Part shown: positions 45,416 through 58,895 of the stretch, piece by piece
How the letters are laid out: each line of letters begins with the position of its first letter
Position numbering within the stretch: the stretch's first letter is position 1
NCBI RefSeq assembly: GCF_009914755.1
Contig: NC_060929.1
DNA: 64,000 nt
From: the human T2T-CHM13v2.0 reference genome, Homo sapiens
Strand: one strand, 5' to 3'
Program-made: the position numbers and the translations under genes
Notes under the pieces: model-generated
Told to the model about the DNA's origin: nothing
The model's input: the letters and a program-made list of their open reading frames with translations, nothing else
The model's database searches: none

Positions 45416-47570
45416 TTTGTTCTCATTAATGAGTTATTACCAGTGGTATTCTATATGCAAAATATGAATGTCTGCTTTTTGTTTGTCCAAAACTGCTTGC
45501 TCATTCACTAATGTTAATTTTTGATGACTCCAACCAGTGGCTGTTAATATACATTAAATCATAATTATAAGTAATTACAAATCTAACTTCAGACTTCTAC
45601 CCAGTGCACAAAGTAAATCTATTAATTTAAAGCTGTCAAACTGCCTTGACCCAATTCTTTGCTAGAATTATCAGAATCGGAACATATTCTTAGAAAAAGT
45701 ATGGGATAGCAAGTTCCCTTACACATATACCTAAACTCTGAACCTCCCAACCATTATGCATTTTGACTTCTAATGATCTCTAATAATAGAAAAAAATAGC
45801 TGTTTTTGCCATGCTAATTAGCGTGGAATCATTACACCACAAACAACAACAATTACTCACAACATAGTGGCCTTACAATATTAGGAAAATGATAACATTT
45901 TTGGTTTTTTAAAAACTGTAGGTTAATTAAGAGTCAATAGGCTTGGTCAAGCTTGAAAGGATTTCCAAAGTATTGCAATATAGAGTAGGCAAATATTGAT
46001 TAAAACAACACAGCCTCAGGAAATTTCGTAGTGATTAGTTTGAATGCTTTATATTTGAACAATGGAATAAATATCATAGAAGTTAATTGGTAGTCAATAC
46101 ATTCTATGCAATATAGCCCAATTTATTATGCACCTAACAAAGAAATGTCTATCTACATAAGTGCAAAGTATCCTCAATTAATACTCTTTCTTATTGTCCA
46201 TTTACAATTTATACAATGTGCAATATAGTACTAATTGCATTAATAATTGATTAATCATGAATCACTCTCAAAGAATGCAGTGTTAAGACTCTTCTTGAAC
46301 ATTTGGAAAAGCCCACATGTACAACTCACAATCCTGTCACTATGAAGTTAAGGGATGAATCTACTGTAGATGCATTTACTGAAGTTCGTAAAATTTAGGT
46401 AATTTTCGTTATGTCAAACAGAATTTATTAGTGGTCAGATATAACAAATTCTTTGTGCAACTATTGCATTACAGAGTCATCCAGGCAATTCAAATGCAAT
46501 TCACTTATATGCCAAGAGATACTGAGCTTTGAGAACTTCAATACGGATGACCTAGAATTTGGTAAAAGAATGCTGTGCAGATCATAGTTTGGGTTAACAA
46601 GCTCTTTGGAGTGGCTTTTATTATTCACTTTCAAGTTGCTTGTTTGAGTATTTCTAGTATTGGGCCAAAGAAAAAGAAATAAAGCCACATTTATCTCATG
46701 CAAAGGTTTATATGACCAACTGTAAATTAACTGTACAAATTGGGGGAGAGGCAAAAAGCACAGAGCTAATTAAAATACCTAGGTGATCCTTAGGTCTCAT
46801 ATGTGTTTCAGCTTATTCTCCTTCCAACTCCTTTGCAGAGATACAAAAATAAAACAAAAGGGATTGACTTATATATCACCATGACCTTTCTCTCTACATA
46901 CTGATGAAGATAATGAGCAGTGAAACGGAAAGCATAGGCAGAAGAAGGGAAAAGAAGGGCTCAAGATGATCTGCTACCATGTTAGGCTTAGCATAATCGT
47001 AAATTGACTGCATTTGAATAATCCCTTTCCAAATTAAATGAGGATTCAGTGTCCAAATTTTACTTTGGAAAAAACTAAACACCCCCATCAAGCCCCACAA
47101 TATGCAATCCCTACGCTTCCAAAACTGCCTGATTTCTTACACTAAATTATTCCATTAGCAATGAGGTTTTCATTGCCTTTGAGCAGGAAGGCAGAGAAGA
47201 TTAGAGAATGTGGTCTGGTACTTATATACAACGCAGCTATGACTTTGCCTCTTGAGTACACAGTAGGAAAGAGTACTGCAATGGACTGTTTTCTTCAAAC
47301 TGGTTTATACTCAGATGACACCAAGCCATATAAACAGGAAAAGAAATGTACTAGACATGTATGGGAAATGTACTAGACATTCCCCATCAAAAGTAAATGT
47401 AAAATCAGGGTTCATTGTAAATCAGAGACAGGGATTCTGAAATAAGGAGAAGGATAGAAAATAAAGATGATTTGTTGATGAGTCTTGTTTTTCTGTTCAC
47501 ATTCCTTTCAACTCATTTATGAGGGCTGCATTTTTGTAAAGGTCTTTTGTAATGTGCCTATTCTGAAATG

Positions 47571-47598
<28 letters not shown>
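47571..47598. repeat. (TG)14 microsatellite
   Basis: Seen directly. Confidence 0.95.
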
Positions 47599-47601
<3 letters not shown>

Positions 47602-47649
47602 TTTGTGTCTGGTTGGTGTTGTATGTGCATGCTGTTTATTGTTGGTATA

Positions 47650-47980
47650 TGTTATGAACTGCATATTTGCATCGCCCCAAGATTCCTGTGTTGAAACTCT
47701 AACCCTGATGAATGGTATTAGGTGGTGGGGCCTTTGGGAGGTAATTAGGTTTAGATAAAGTCATGAGGGTAGGGCCATTATGATGGCATTAGTGTCCTTA
47801 AAAGGAGAGAAGGAGACTAGAGCTCTCACTCTGGGCTGTCTGCAAAACAGGAAGAGGGTCCTCACCAGACACTGGATCTGCTGGTACCCTCACCTTGGAC
47901 TTATCAGGCTTCAGAACTACATTTTTATTGTTTAAGCCACCCAGTCTGTGGTATCTTTCTCTAGCTTCCAGGACTAAGTA
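47650..47980 (+). mobile_element. MLT1A-type solo LTR
   Basis: ggtattaggtggtggggcctttgggaggtaattagg ... gtttaagccacccagtctgtggtat. Confidence 0.85.
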
Positions 47981-48145
47981 TGTATGTTTGTGAATAGCAG
48001 TTGGTGGGGTGTTTGTGTATGTGTGGTGGTTGGTGATGTGTGTGGTTGTTGGTAAATATGTGTGTGTGAATGGTGGCTGGTTGTGTGTGTGGTAGCTGAT
48101 GGTGTGTATACTTGGTGGTGTGTATGTGTGTGTGTGTGTGTGTGG
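47981..48145. repeat. GT-rich low-complexity tract
   Basis: Degenerate (TG)/(TGG) repeats. Confidence 0.85.
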
Positions 48146-49187
48146 TTGATAGGGAGTGTGGGTTTAACTTCTGCCAGGTAGGCCACTGAATTAATATCTG
48201 GCCATTTGAACAAATGAATCTTTAGCATCCTTAGTTTATGGGGAAGCACAGATCAATGCTGAGATACTGGCTATTTGCTTTACAGTCTTTATTGCTGGCC
48301 AGTGTTTGTTCTAGTGAGATTTTATAGCAGTCCTTGATGAAGTCCTGAACCTTCTCTAAAAGCAGCTGCCCTTGAGCTTAGCCTTCTTTAAAAGAAGCTG
48401 CCCTTTCAACTAGGGGAGATCCTCCTAGTTGAAAATCTTTTCAACCTTCTTTAGGAGGAGAAAGTGAATGATGAGAATGGAGTGAGGATGAGAAAAAATG
48501 GGAGGGAGAGGAAAAGAGGATTACGGAGAGACAGAGAACAAGAGAGACATCCTCTCTATGGAACTCTGTGCAACACTGACAACCCTAGCATGATCTTGGC
48601 TTTTTCCAAATGAGGTTCTCTTTTACCATCAGAGTCGGCTGGGTTCCCAAGGCTAACAAGAATATCTCTAGTGGTGCCTCTCTGATTATTTGCAACTTCT
48701 ATAAATTAGCTGAGGACTAATGTCCTGGGTGATATCACAAACCAGCAAAAGACAGCCATCCCACCAACTTTATCTGGGACAAAATTAATCTTTTCAACTC
48801 TTTGACTAAAAAGACTTGATTCATACTAAGCCCTAATATCCCCTTTTGGACACATAATAGCCTCCCTTCCTTAGCTCTTATAACTTTTAAAAGAATCAAA
48901 TGGAAAAGGGGAGAGTATCTTCACTACTCATTATCTGTTGTATATACAAGGTGACTCTACTTCAATAATTGCAATGGCCAGAGAAGAATTATTGCTTCCT
49001 TGATTCTGTGACTCTGTTTTGTCCTCAGAAGGTGTATCCAAAAAAAAATCAATGTCAGCTGGCTTTAGAATAAATGTTTTTAATGGGTCTGCTGCTGCCA
49101 AGTCTGCTCAGGATGCTTGATCAATGTCTCTGCACCAGTGATAGAGGCACTGCGACTTCAGCAGCCTTGTTCTGAGCAGACCTTCTC

Positions 49188-49405
49188 AGGGGCTCTTGAT
49201 TTAAAATGCTTACAGGGGTCAGACAGGTATTATAAATAAGTGGAGCAATTAGGCATATGACAATAGGAAATATGAGAGACTGTGTGAAATTGGAGAGTGT
49301 ATCTCTTATGTAAAGGAGGCAGCTGCCAGTCTCCCTTGTCAGTTACCATGAGGCAGTGAGGGCCCTGTGTTGCAGGAACATCTGATTTTTAAGATAAAAT
49401 TTCTC
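49188..49405 (+). mobile_element. MER102 fragment
   Basis: aaatgcttacaggggtcagacaggta ... aaaggaggcagctgc ... ggccctgtgttgcag. Confidence 0.7.
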
Positions 49406-49535
49406 ATATGGTTTCTTTCTATATCTAGCATAATAAACAGACTAAGTTGGGCTCACATATGGTTAAACTTGTGAAGGGGTCTTCTTGAATAAAAGAATTA
49501 GGGAAACTTCTAATATTAAAACTCCTTGTAGAAGC

Positions 49536-49940
49536 ACATTTTTGTTTCCTAGGGCTGTCATAATAAAATACCACAAACTGGGTAGCTTACAATGACAGAA
49601 ATTTACTTTCTCACGGTTCTGGAGGCTAAAAGTCTACTATCAAGTTGTCGGCAGGTTTGGTTTCTCCTGAGACCTCTCTCTTTGGCTGGCAGACGGCCAC
49701 CTTCTCACTGTGTCCTCACATGGTCTTTTCTTGTACTCATGCATCCCTGGAGTCCCTTTGTGTGTCCAAATGTCCTCTACTCAGGACACCAGTCAGACTG
49801 GATTAGGCTCTACTCTAATGGTTTATCTTAATAACCTCTTTAAAGGTTCTGTCTCCAAGTATAGTCATGTTGTGAGGTGCTGGGGGGTTAGGGCTTCAAC
49901 ATATGAATATGGAGGAGGGACACAATTCAGCTTGTAATGA
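49536..49940 (-). mobile_element. MLT1B-type solo LTR
   Basis: gtttcctagggctg...aaataccacaaactgggt ... ggacaccagtcagactggattagg ... ggacacaattcagc. Confidence 0.88.
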
Positions 49941-50627
49941 GGCAACACTTCACTGTCTGGGTTCTGCAGAGGCAGGCAGCTCGGGCATCTGCACCCATTC
50001 TCCTCATTTGGACCAGTAGACAAGTACGTATTACAAACAAGGAGGGAACAACTCCAGCATCACATAGACAGTGACTTAATTAATGGTTTACACCTATCCC
50101 TAGACAAGAATCCCGAAAGAAACTTGTGATTAATGCAGATTATAAAGGCTTGCTAGAGAGAGTGTGGAAGTACTCAACTCCTGCAACAGAATCAACTTGT
50201 TTCATCAGTGCAAGGCATATTCCATTCTGGAGATGGCATTGTCCTTAAATAGTTAGTAATTGGTACTTCAGTGCATTCCAGCATTTGTTATCAAGCACAG
50301 ATCCTATTCTGTAAGACAAAGCATCTGTGGAGAGAAGTGGTGGTTTATGCTCTCCATCTGTGTGTTGCCACAGTCTTAGAAGTCAATAACTGCTTAGCCT
50401 TCCAGATAGAGGCTCCCACATTAGTGATGAGAATAACTCCACAAACTGTTTTTTTCTGGTCAAGATGAGTTTACCTATTTTGGACAACAATAAAAAAAAA
50501 GCACACTAGAAATTGAATATCCTAAGGAAGTGCTTGAAGCTCTTCACTTTACACAAAAGTTTATGTTCTTTTCGTTGGGTGGGAAGAAAACCAACAAAAT
50601 AAATCTGGTAACTTAAGAATTTGATAC

Positions 50628-51545
50628 TGACTTATACAACTCCATAGCATGAAAAAAAAAACCCAATTGAAAAAAACAAGCAAAATACTTGAATAGAGAT
50701 TTTTCCAAAGAAGACATACAAATGGCCAACAGTTATATGAAAAGGTGCTCAACATCACCAATCAGCAGAGAAATGCATATTAAAACAGCAATGAGATATC
50801 AAATTACACCTGTTAGGGAGGGCTACTGTCAAAAGGACAAGAGGCAAGTGTTGGCAAATGTCTGGGGGAAAGGGAACATTCGTAAATTGTTGTTGGGAAT
50901 GTAAATTTGTACAGCCATTATAGAAGAGTGTATGGAGGTTCCTCAAAAAAATTAAAAACAGACCTACCATATAGCCCAGCAATTCCACTGCTGGGTATAC
51001 AACCAAAGGACATGAAATCAGTGTCTCTAAGAGATATCTGCACCCCCATGTTCACTGCAGCCTTATTCACAATAGCCACGATATGAAAACAATCCAAGTG
51101 TCAACAGATGAATGAATTAAAAAAATGTAGTGCACACACACGAATATTATTTGGCCATAAAAAAGAAGAAAATCTACCATTTTTGAGAACATGAATGAAC
51201 CTGGAAGACATTGTTAAGTGAAACAACTCAGTCACAGAAACACAGATACAGGATGATGTCACTTATTTGTGAAATCTAAAAACATCAAACTCATAGAAAC
51301 AGAATAGAACAGTCATGACCAGGGATTAGGGATGGAGGAAATAGGGAGATGTTGATCAAATGGCCCAACTTCTAGTTACAAGATGAACAAATTCTGGGAA
51401 TCTAAGGTATAGCATGAGTGGTGATGAATGTGTTAATTAATTAGATTGTGACAATTATTACATAATGTATACGTATATCAAATCATCACCTTGTATAATT
51501 TGAATATATGCAATCTTCAATTGTCAATTCAGTATTTTTTAAAAG
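50628..51545 (+). mobile_element. L1MA (MA8-10-like) 3' fragment
   Basis: ORF2 C-terminal remnant ([20 protein letters not shown]) plus L1MA 3' UTR. Confidence 0.9.
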
Positions 51546-53124
51546 AATTTGACTCAATGTTCTCATTTCACATGTCTATATCTCACTTGGTTACTGGCTG
51601 AATCAAAATGGTGTTGTAAGTGCTGCAGCATTTTTGCAATCCGATGAGTAGAGCATCAACATATGGTATTATATTTGGAGTCCTAGGAAGTAGGGTTTTC
51701 TGGAAAATTTCTAGGCATCAAACGGCTGTGAGTAGATTCTTGACTTCAGCTTTCTGAGTCAGTTTTTTCACTTAAGAGTTTGGATTTAGGTCTCAGAGGC
51801 TCTAGTTCATCCCCGTGAAGTGTGAGGGGATAGAAAAACAGGGTTGGGGTGAGAGTTGTCATATGTAGGCCATGTGTACCCCAAGACAGAGAAAGCTCAT
51901 CTGCAGAGAAGGATACAAATAAAACAGACAAATCAAGAGAAGTAGAAAAGGGAGCCTCTTCACTCCTAAGGTAGTGATAAGTTAACCACCGCCCCTAATT
52001 CCCAATTCCTTGCTTCAATCTCTGGTGCAGTCCAGGTATATTTTCTGCCCTTGGGTTACATGGAATATCCATATATCTTTCTAGTAAATACCACTATTCA
52101 CTTAAGATACATTGAAAGTTTCTGTTTATTGCAATCAAAATACATCCTAGATCAAATCAAGCAATCAATTAATCTTGAGAATCATTCAATTCTGAATAAT
52201 CATCCCAGATCTTTTCATTTCTTCATTTCTAGATTGTCTTTGTAGTCAATTGTAGATTTTCCCACCAGTTTACACTCTTCCCAAGTTTTGAAGAAGCAAA
52301 TGCGACATTTTTATTTCCCAGTTTATATTACTTCTGATCAGATTTTCTATAGTTTGAAAGTTTTACTTCTGAAATTCTTCTGAAATATGGAAGCCAAATA
52401 TGCTAATTTTAACAATACAGTACTGGTCCACAATTAGCTTTCACTAAATAGCAAAAATTGATTCATTTTTACTTCTTTTCCCGTCTTTCATGTGGCACAA
52501 ACCTTGTATTGTTGGGTAATACATTTCTGGTTTCTAGGTGGGTATTGATCTGGTCTGTGCTTCTAAATGCCTGTTAGAATTGGTGCAATAAATCTATCAA
52601 TTACCTGAATTCAGATACCATCAGTATATATCAAATTTCTTATCTCTTTTTTTACTCATCTTCTGTGGAGAAGTGCAAAATAATCTAGTGCAGAAAAACG
52701 TAGGGCTAGATGAAGATTCATTTTAATGGGGAAGATGTGGGATGTGCTGTTTAATTAAAGGTATAGTTTAGATCTCCATTGCTCCTCTAAATTAAATGCC
52801 CTACAGTCACTTGGTATAAAAAGTCAATTGGATAAACAGGGCCAGACCTAAAGTAGACTGGCTGTCTCTGTCAGCTGTAAAGCCCATGGGGTTAACACTT
52901 CCTTTGGAAGAAAGCACCCTCCTGTTACTATGATTTGATAGCTCTGCCTTCAGCTCTAGAAGCTGTGGCCAGGTAATTAGTGGTACATCCTTAGGGTAGC
53001 CCCTGCATAGCTGTTACATGTAATTTAGGCAAGAATATGGCCTCCTTAAGTTAGAGCTTTCCTAATGCCTTTACGTGTTCTTTTTATTAAAAAAAAGACA
53101 TAACACTAGTTTATACAATTAGAA

Positions 53125-53245
53125 GTGACTTATGTACAACAATGTGAATATACTTAACACTATTGAACTGTACACTTAAAATGCTTCAGGTGGTAAATTT
53201 TATGCTATGTGCATTTTACCATAATTCTTTTTAAAAATAATAAAA
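53125..53245 (+). mobile_element. L1MB/ME extreme 3' end
   Basis: acaacaatgtgaatatacttaacactattgaactgtacacttaaaa. Confidence 0.8.
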
Positions 53246-53429
53246 GTGGCTTGTGATCTTTTTCTTACCTGTGGTTTTCCTGAAGCCACAGGCAAGTGCC
53301 TATGTAGGCTAAAATTGTTCATTTGGTTTTAAATTTATATTAAAGGTTGTCTTAAATTAACTGCATTCTACCACTCACGTTAATGTTGAAGAGTCTCAAA
53401 CATCTAGTAAATATCCCTGCCTTCCTCCT

Positions 53430-54215
53430 GTTCAATTTCTTTCTATGAACATTTATCAAGCATTGGTGTATCTGAGACTAGACAGAGGAATGAGAAGCAG
53501 GCTTTGCTCTCTGCCCTCAAGGACATGCAGACTGGTTGGGATAAGTGACAAGCAAATACTGGGCAACAATTCTGAGAAAGATGTCTGCACATGATGTTTA
53601 GGAAATCCAGGAAAGGATATCCAGCCAATTCTGGAGTTGGGGTAGAGAGCAGACATGCAGGGCTCACCAGACGTATTGTCTGAAGGAAGAGTTTGTAAGG
53701 AATAGCTAGATGAAGAAAGGAGAGCAGGGCATTGCAGACAGAAGGAGCAACATCTAAAAAAAATGCAAAGCATCTGGAGAGGGGGCATAAAATACTGCAA
53801 ATAATTTCGTATCTTTGGTAAGTAGTATTTGTATGAGAAGGAACTGGGCAGAGGATAGGAAAGTGGGGGAAGTGGCAAGAAATGAGGCCTGACAAATAGT
53901 CAGGGTCTGATCTTGTATGCCATGTTCAAAAGATTGAACTGTGTCCTAAACCTTCCCCAAAATGTTTGAAGAAGAACCTTAGAAAGAATGTAAACAAGAA
54001 ATTCCATCAGATTACGGTTTAGAAATATCACTTTGACAGTGCTGTTGAAATGAATTAAAATGAAAAAGCTGGATGACTTTCCAGTAATTCAGGAGAGAAG
54101 TGACAAAAGTCTGAACCAGAGCTGTGGGGCTGAAGGAGAGGAGAGGGAGTTGAGCAATACAGGGGTGATTAGATATGAGAGGAGTGAGGAGGGAGAAGGA
54201 AGGGTCAAGAAGAAG
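53430..54215 (-). mobile_element. L2
   Basis: acatttatcaagca ... ctgccctcaagg ... gggcattgcagacagaaggagca ... ttagaaatatcactttg. Confidence 0.7.
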
Positions 54216-54219
54216 TAGC

Positions 54220-54510
54220 ATTTTAAATGCTACACTGAAGATTTGTGCATTTTACTCTATGTAAATTCCCTTCACCCAAATAACTGTAGTTAATAATAGC
54301 TATGCTCAGTGTTGAGAGGTGAAGTGAACTGATGACTACAAACTACTTTGAAATAAGATGGATTAATAGAAGGCTAGATGGATTGATATGTGATAAAGCA
54401 AGCACAGCACAAATGATAGATGTAGAATCTATGTGGTGGGTTTATGGGTATTCACTATATAATTCTTTCAATTTTTCTATAAGACTGATAATTTTCAGAA
54501 TAAAATATGA
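54220..54510 (+). mobile_element. L1M 3' UTR fragment
   Basis: atatgtgataaagcaag ... gtagaatctatgtggtgggtttatgggtattcact. Confidence 0.7.
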
Positions 54511-55029
54511 GGTAAAATGTTGCTCCTATTGTTCTTTATGCAGTGTAGAGGAGTTATAATATGCCTTATTTTGCAAAACAGTTATAATTTGAATAACATG
54601 AAAACCTCATCACATGCACTGCTTCAATAATATATAGCATTTCCATACTGTGGTCATATTGATAAACTAATGGATATTTTATTTCAATCTGTTGGATTTG
54701 TGAGCCATATTTTTTTCTTCTCCAAATTAGCTAGTATATTTGCAGGTAAATGACCAGAAAAACCATATATTGCTGTAAACATCAACAAATAAAATATATG
54801 CCCTACTGCTTACTCCAGAGTATGTTATTTCATTTAGAAACTGGTGTAGTTGACTTTGGGTACTATGTGTGGGGAATGGGGAGAGGGTGCTAATTATATC
54901 TGAGAAACAGATAAATAAACAAAGATTTCCTGATTTTTTTGTGTAAGCAGGCCAATGATTGTGTCCTTAAACAAAGTAGACAATCCAGGAAAAAAGAGTA
55001 GATAGGGAATGGGCGGGGGGAGGCAGAAA

Positions 55030-55339
55030 GGATTATTTTAGGTTTTACATGCTGAGCCTGAAGTGTTGCAGACAGTTGGACATATGGTTTTGGAACTCAA
55101 GAGAAGGTTCTGTGCTGGAGATGGGGAGTCATTAAAATATACCAGTGAGTCATTGGAATATATCCAGATGGTGATGTAGATGAGACCCTGGGAGAGCGGG
55201 GCAGAGTGTAAGAAAAGACGACACAGTTAGGACTCTGAGGAACATTTCAAAAAAACAGAGAAGTGGAACCTCACTTTGAGACTAGGAAGATATGTCCAGA
55301 TAGGTAGGTAGGTAGGGAGAGAGAAAGAGAGAAAGAGAG

Positions 55340-55392
<53 letters not shown>

Positions 55393-55640
55393 ATGGATCT
55401 GAGAGGAAAGAGCCAATCAGAAGGAGGGAGTAGGTAAGTGATTCGTAGTGTTAGGTGCTCCCCAGAGTTCAAGTGAGGTTAAGGCTAAGTAGTTACTACT
55501 GGGTTTGGTGGTTGTAAGTATTCAGAAATCATGGTGAGAACAGTTTTGGTGAAGAGATGAATTACAGCGTAATGAGGAGTTTACATGCAAATAGGACGTT
55601 AAGATGTGGATACAGCAACTATAGATTATTCTTTAAAGAA
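55030..55640 (-). mobile_element. L2 fragment
   Basis: ttttacatgctgag ... cagttggacatatggtttggaactcaagaga ... ctgtgctggagat. Confidence 0.55.
55315..55390. repeat. (GA)n homopurine microsatellite
   Basis: Seen directly; preceded by a short (TAGG)n run. Confidence 0.95.
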
Positions 55641-57234
55641 GTATGGCTATGACAGGTTAAGCAGCTTTTTTGTTATGATCAGAAGGACTCAAGTATGTCT
55701 GAGGGACAAGCTCCTTGGAAATAGATTAAATAAACAGAGGAGAAGGGGTAATAACTGGAATGGCTGTGAAGGGAAGGGACTCTGAGGCCAGGTGGAGGGT
55801 CTGGGGTTGGATGGGTTTAGGGAGACCTTCCTGCTCCTTCCACTGAGATGGGGGAAAGAAGGTGAGGATGGGTGTGACTAAGTTCCTTTTCCGGGTAGGG
55901 AGAGAGGATGGGCAGGAAGGTGAAGAAGCTCAGTTACGGCATCTTATTTGTTCCGTGAGGTACATTATGAGGTCACCAGGCAAAAGTGATAGGGAGAGTG
56001 GTGGGGTAAGGGACTTATGAAGAGAATAATATATGGAATTGTGAGCAGGAGCAGAATAGAACATGGAAGGAAATGCAGGCCATCAGAAGGCACAAGTTGC
56101 GTAGTGTTTTCCAAGAGCTCTCAGTTACCTAAATATAGAAGATGTCTACCTAGCCTTTTCCATTCTGATAAGCTTGTGAGCTCTCAGCTGCCTTCTGCTC
56201 TGGATTTAAGCCTCATCATAGGCAGAATGTACCTGGGGCTGATATCTTTTATTTTGTAAAGAAATTTTCCACCTGTACAAATTACAAGAAATAAACAACA
56301 ACAACAACAAATGTGTTTAAACATGTTATTACTGGAAATCCCATTTGAAATACTGCCCATTTTAATGTTTTGATATTAGCATCATAGTCAGATTGACCCC
56401 CACACTAGTATGACCACCAAAGCTGGGCATGACCTAGTATGTATATTACATTTTATAGCTTGTCTCCTTGGGCAGGTTGTGTATTCTGCTTCTAGAAGGC
56501 TGAATGTTCCCTTATGGCAAGACAGAAGTTGCCAAGTCTAACCCTACCCCCTCGCTCCTATCTACTCAAGTGAGAGGCAAGATGTCACAGCTTTAAATCA
56601 AGATCACATTATTGACCTTTTTGTTTCCCACTGTCCAACTGTCATCTCAGTATTCTGCTTTCAGGATTGGAAAAATTGCCTCCAATCCTGATCTCTACTA
56701 TTTCAAATGTGGTTCAAGTTAGGAATCAACCTATGGTCAGCCCCTCGTATGGGTCTTTCTGTGTGCAGCTCTAAGATGCCACATTTTGATATCATGTTTC
56801 TCATTCTGAATTGATCTCAACCTCAATTTCAGCAGCAAGTCTCTTTCTACAATCCCCAGCTTGTAGAGATCCTACAGGTAAGCAATTTCTTGTCTTCTTC
56901 AATGTTCATGTCACCCACTGCTCCTCGCTGGCATCAAAAAATCCTATCACTACATTTTTCCTGAGTCACTGCACTCACATGACAGAACTCCTTGGAAGCT
57001 AAACCAGACCTCACTCAGTTTCCCTCAGAGTAAGATAAGCAAATGTTTTCAGAAACAGTTTGTGAAGTATTGAGTCAATTCAGAATCAAGTTCCCATATT
57101 ATTTCTAACATTTCCTCTCAACTTTGAAAATGGCATTTTTAATTTAATCCCGTTCTTTAGATTCAACTAAGTCATTCAGACTGAATGGCTTCACTTCTCT
57201 GTCTTCTGTTTATGTAATGGTGCTCCCCAGGGTC

Positions 57235-57360
57235 TTAGTCAACACATATTTATTGAGGACCAACTTGAGCTTGTCATTGGTGATAAGGAGGTGAATAAAT
57301 TATAGTACCTGTCATCAGACACACTCATAGTTTGGCAAGAGACAAGATAACAGTTAATAT
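57235..57360 (-). mobile_element. L2 3' fragment
   Basis: tcaacacatatttattgagg. Confidence 0.55.
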
Positions 57361-58510
57361 ATAGCAGCAATTCTCAAAATATAGCAAAGACATTAATCAA
57401 CTGGAAGGCTAAATTCTTTAGCCCATCCTTAGATGTGGGGGAGTTGAGGATGTGCCAGAGAACGGTGGTGAGTTGATGCAAAAGATGTGAGAACTACACT
57501 TTGAGAACACTGAAAGACAACATGTAAGGGTTGCAATAAAGCTATTGACTCTGGGTGCTCTGGGAGCCACAGAGGAGCTGACTGTCTTGTCAAGGTAGGT
57601 GGTAGAGGTGGCGGAGGCTGAGGAGAGGTTTTATGGAATAACTTCACCATCTCCCCTCACATGGCCTGTGAGGATGAAGTGCCCCCTTTTGGCCCTTCGT
57701 CTCTAAAACCTCTTCTAAAGTATGTTCTACTTGATCTGTATTGTGCACCCTTCTGTCTTAACGTGTTTTTTTGTATTCTTGTTATTAAACAGTTATACTG
57801 TCGGCAACTTTGTGGGGTTTGTGTGTCTCTTCCCATTTCTAGATATGTTGTAATTAAGTGGCGGTTTCCTTCAAGACTGAGTTTCCCATACTAAGCTCCT
57901 TATTTCCAAATTTCAGTTGCTCCAAGTGCTTTTTGCCTTTAGCAAAGTTCTTTTTCTTAACCCCAAACTGAAAATCCCATTCTTACTTTTCCAGTCATTG
58001 AATGCATTGTTTGCTTCGGTCAGTTTGAAAGAAAGAGATGGGATATCATCTTGTGGAAGTGGACTGCAAAGGAAGTGTCCAACTAAGAGCAAAATATTTT
58101 CTTTCTAGGAATCTATTAGCTTTCATGGGCATGAGTTTGTAGTTTTTACTCTTGGAAATTTTGCTGAGAGAAGACTACACAAGCAGACCTGTTAGAGCAG
58201 TTGATGATAAATGTGTATGAAAGGTTATCAATAGACAACTTAGCACTTTAACATTTATGTCTTTGAATTTGCACTTTGATGTGGAGAAAGTGCAAAATGT
58301 ATCACATGCAAATCTTTATGTAGCTAGTCTCTTATATAAGTCATCACTGAGAAATAAGAAACAATGTCAAGCTTTGAATTCTTTTTCTTTTCCTTTATCC
58401 AGTGTATTATTTCCCTCAAATTGAAATGTTGACGTATAGGAACAAGACTTGTGTTATGTTGTCAGGGGGGAGAGACATGAAAAAATTGTCATGCATTTTA
58501 CAAAAGAAGA

Positions 58511-58895
58511 TGCCATGAGCTTAATTGTGTCCCCAACAAAATTCATACGTTCAAGCCCTGACCCCCATTGTGACAGCATTTGGAGATCTGGCTTTCAGGA
58601 AGTATAATAATTGATGTTAAATGAGATCATAAGGGTATGGACATATCTGATAAGGTTGGTGGCCTTATAAGAAGATCTTTCTTTCCTTGAGCACATGCAG
58701 AAAAAAAGCCAAGTGAGCACACTGTGAGAAGGCTGCTGACTGCAAGCCAGAAAGGGAGCCCTCACCAGAACCTGACCATGCCAAAACACAGATCTTGGAC
58801 TCTTAGCCTCCAGATCTGTAAGAAAATAAATTTCTGTTGCTTAAGTTACACAGTCTAATGGTATTTTGTTATGGCAGCCCGAACAGACTAAGACA
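58511..58895 (+). mobile_element. MLT1A solo LTR
   Basis: ttgtgtcccc...aaattcata ... ctgcaagccag...gccctcaccagaacctgaccatgc ... ggcagcccgaacagactaagaca. Confidence 0.9.

Noticed and set aside
47343-47380. 16-bp direct repeat gaaatgtactagacat x2, and other short repeats, as a CRISPR-like array
   Set aside because: Only two copies, no spacer series and a eukaryotic context; a simple slippage duplication.
53121-53255. Possible TSD agaagtgacttatg / aaaagtggcttgtg around a short L1 tail
   Set aside because: Only 11/14 identical, and the left copy can be explained as L1 consensus sequence itself.
53443-53895. Overlapping 150-aa and 140-aa ORFs
   Set aside because: They lie in degraded pyrimidine-rich L2 sequence, which is naturally poor in stop codons; no protein similarity recognised.
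55005-55023. G-rich run gggaatgggcgggggg as a G-quadruplex
   Set aside because: It lacks four cleanly separated G3 tracts; the same applies to the runs near 3682 and 25825.
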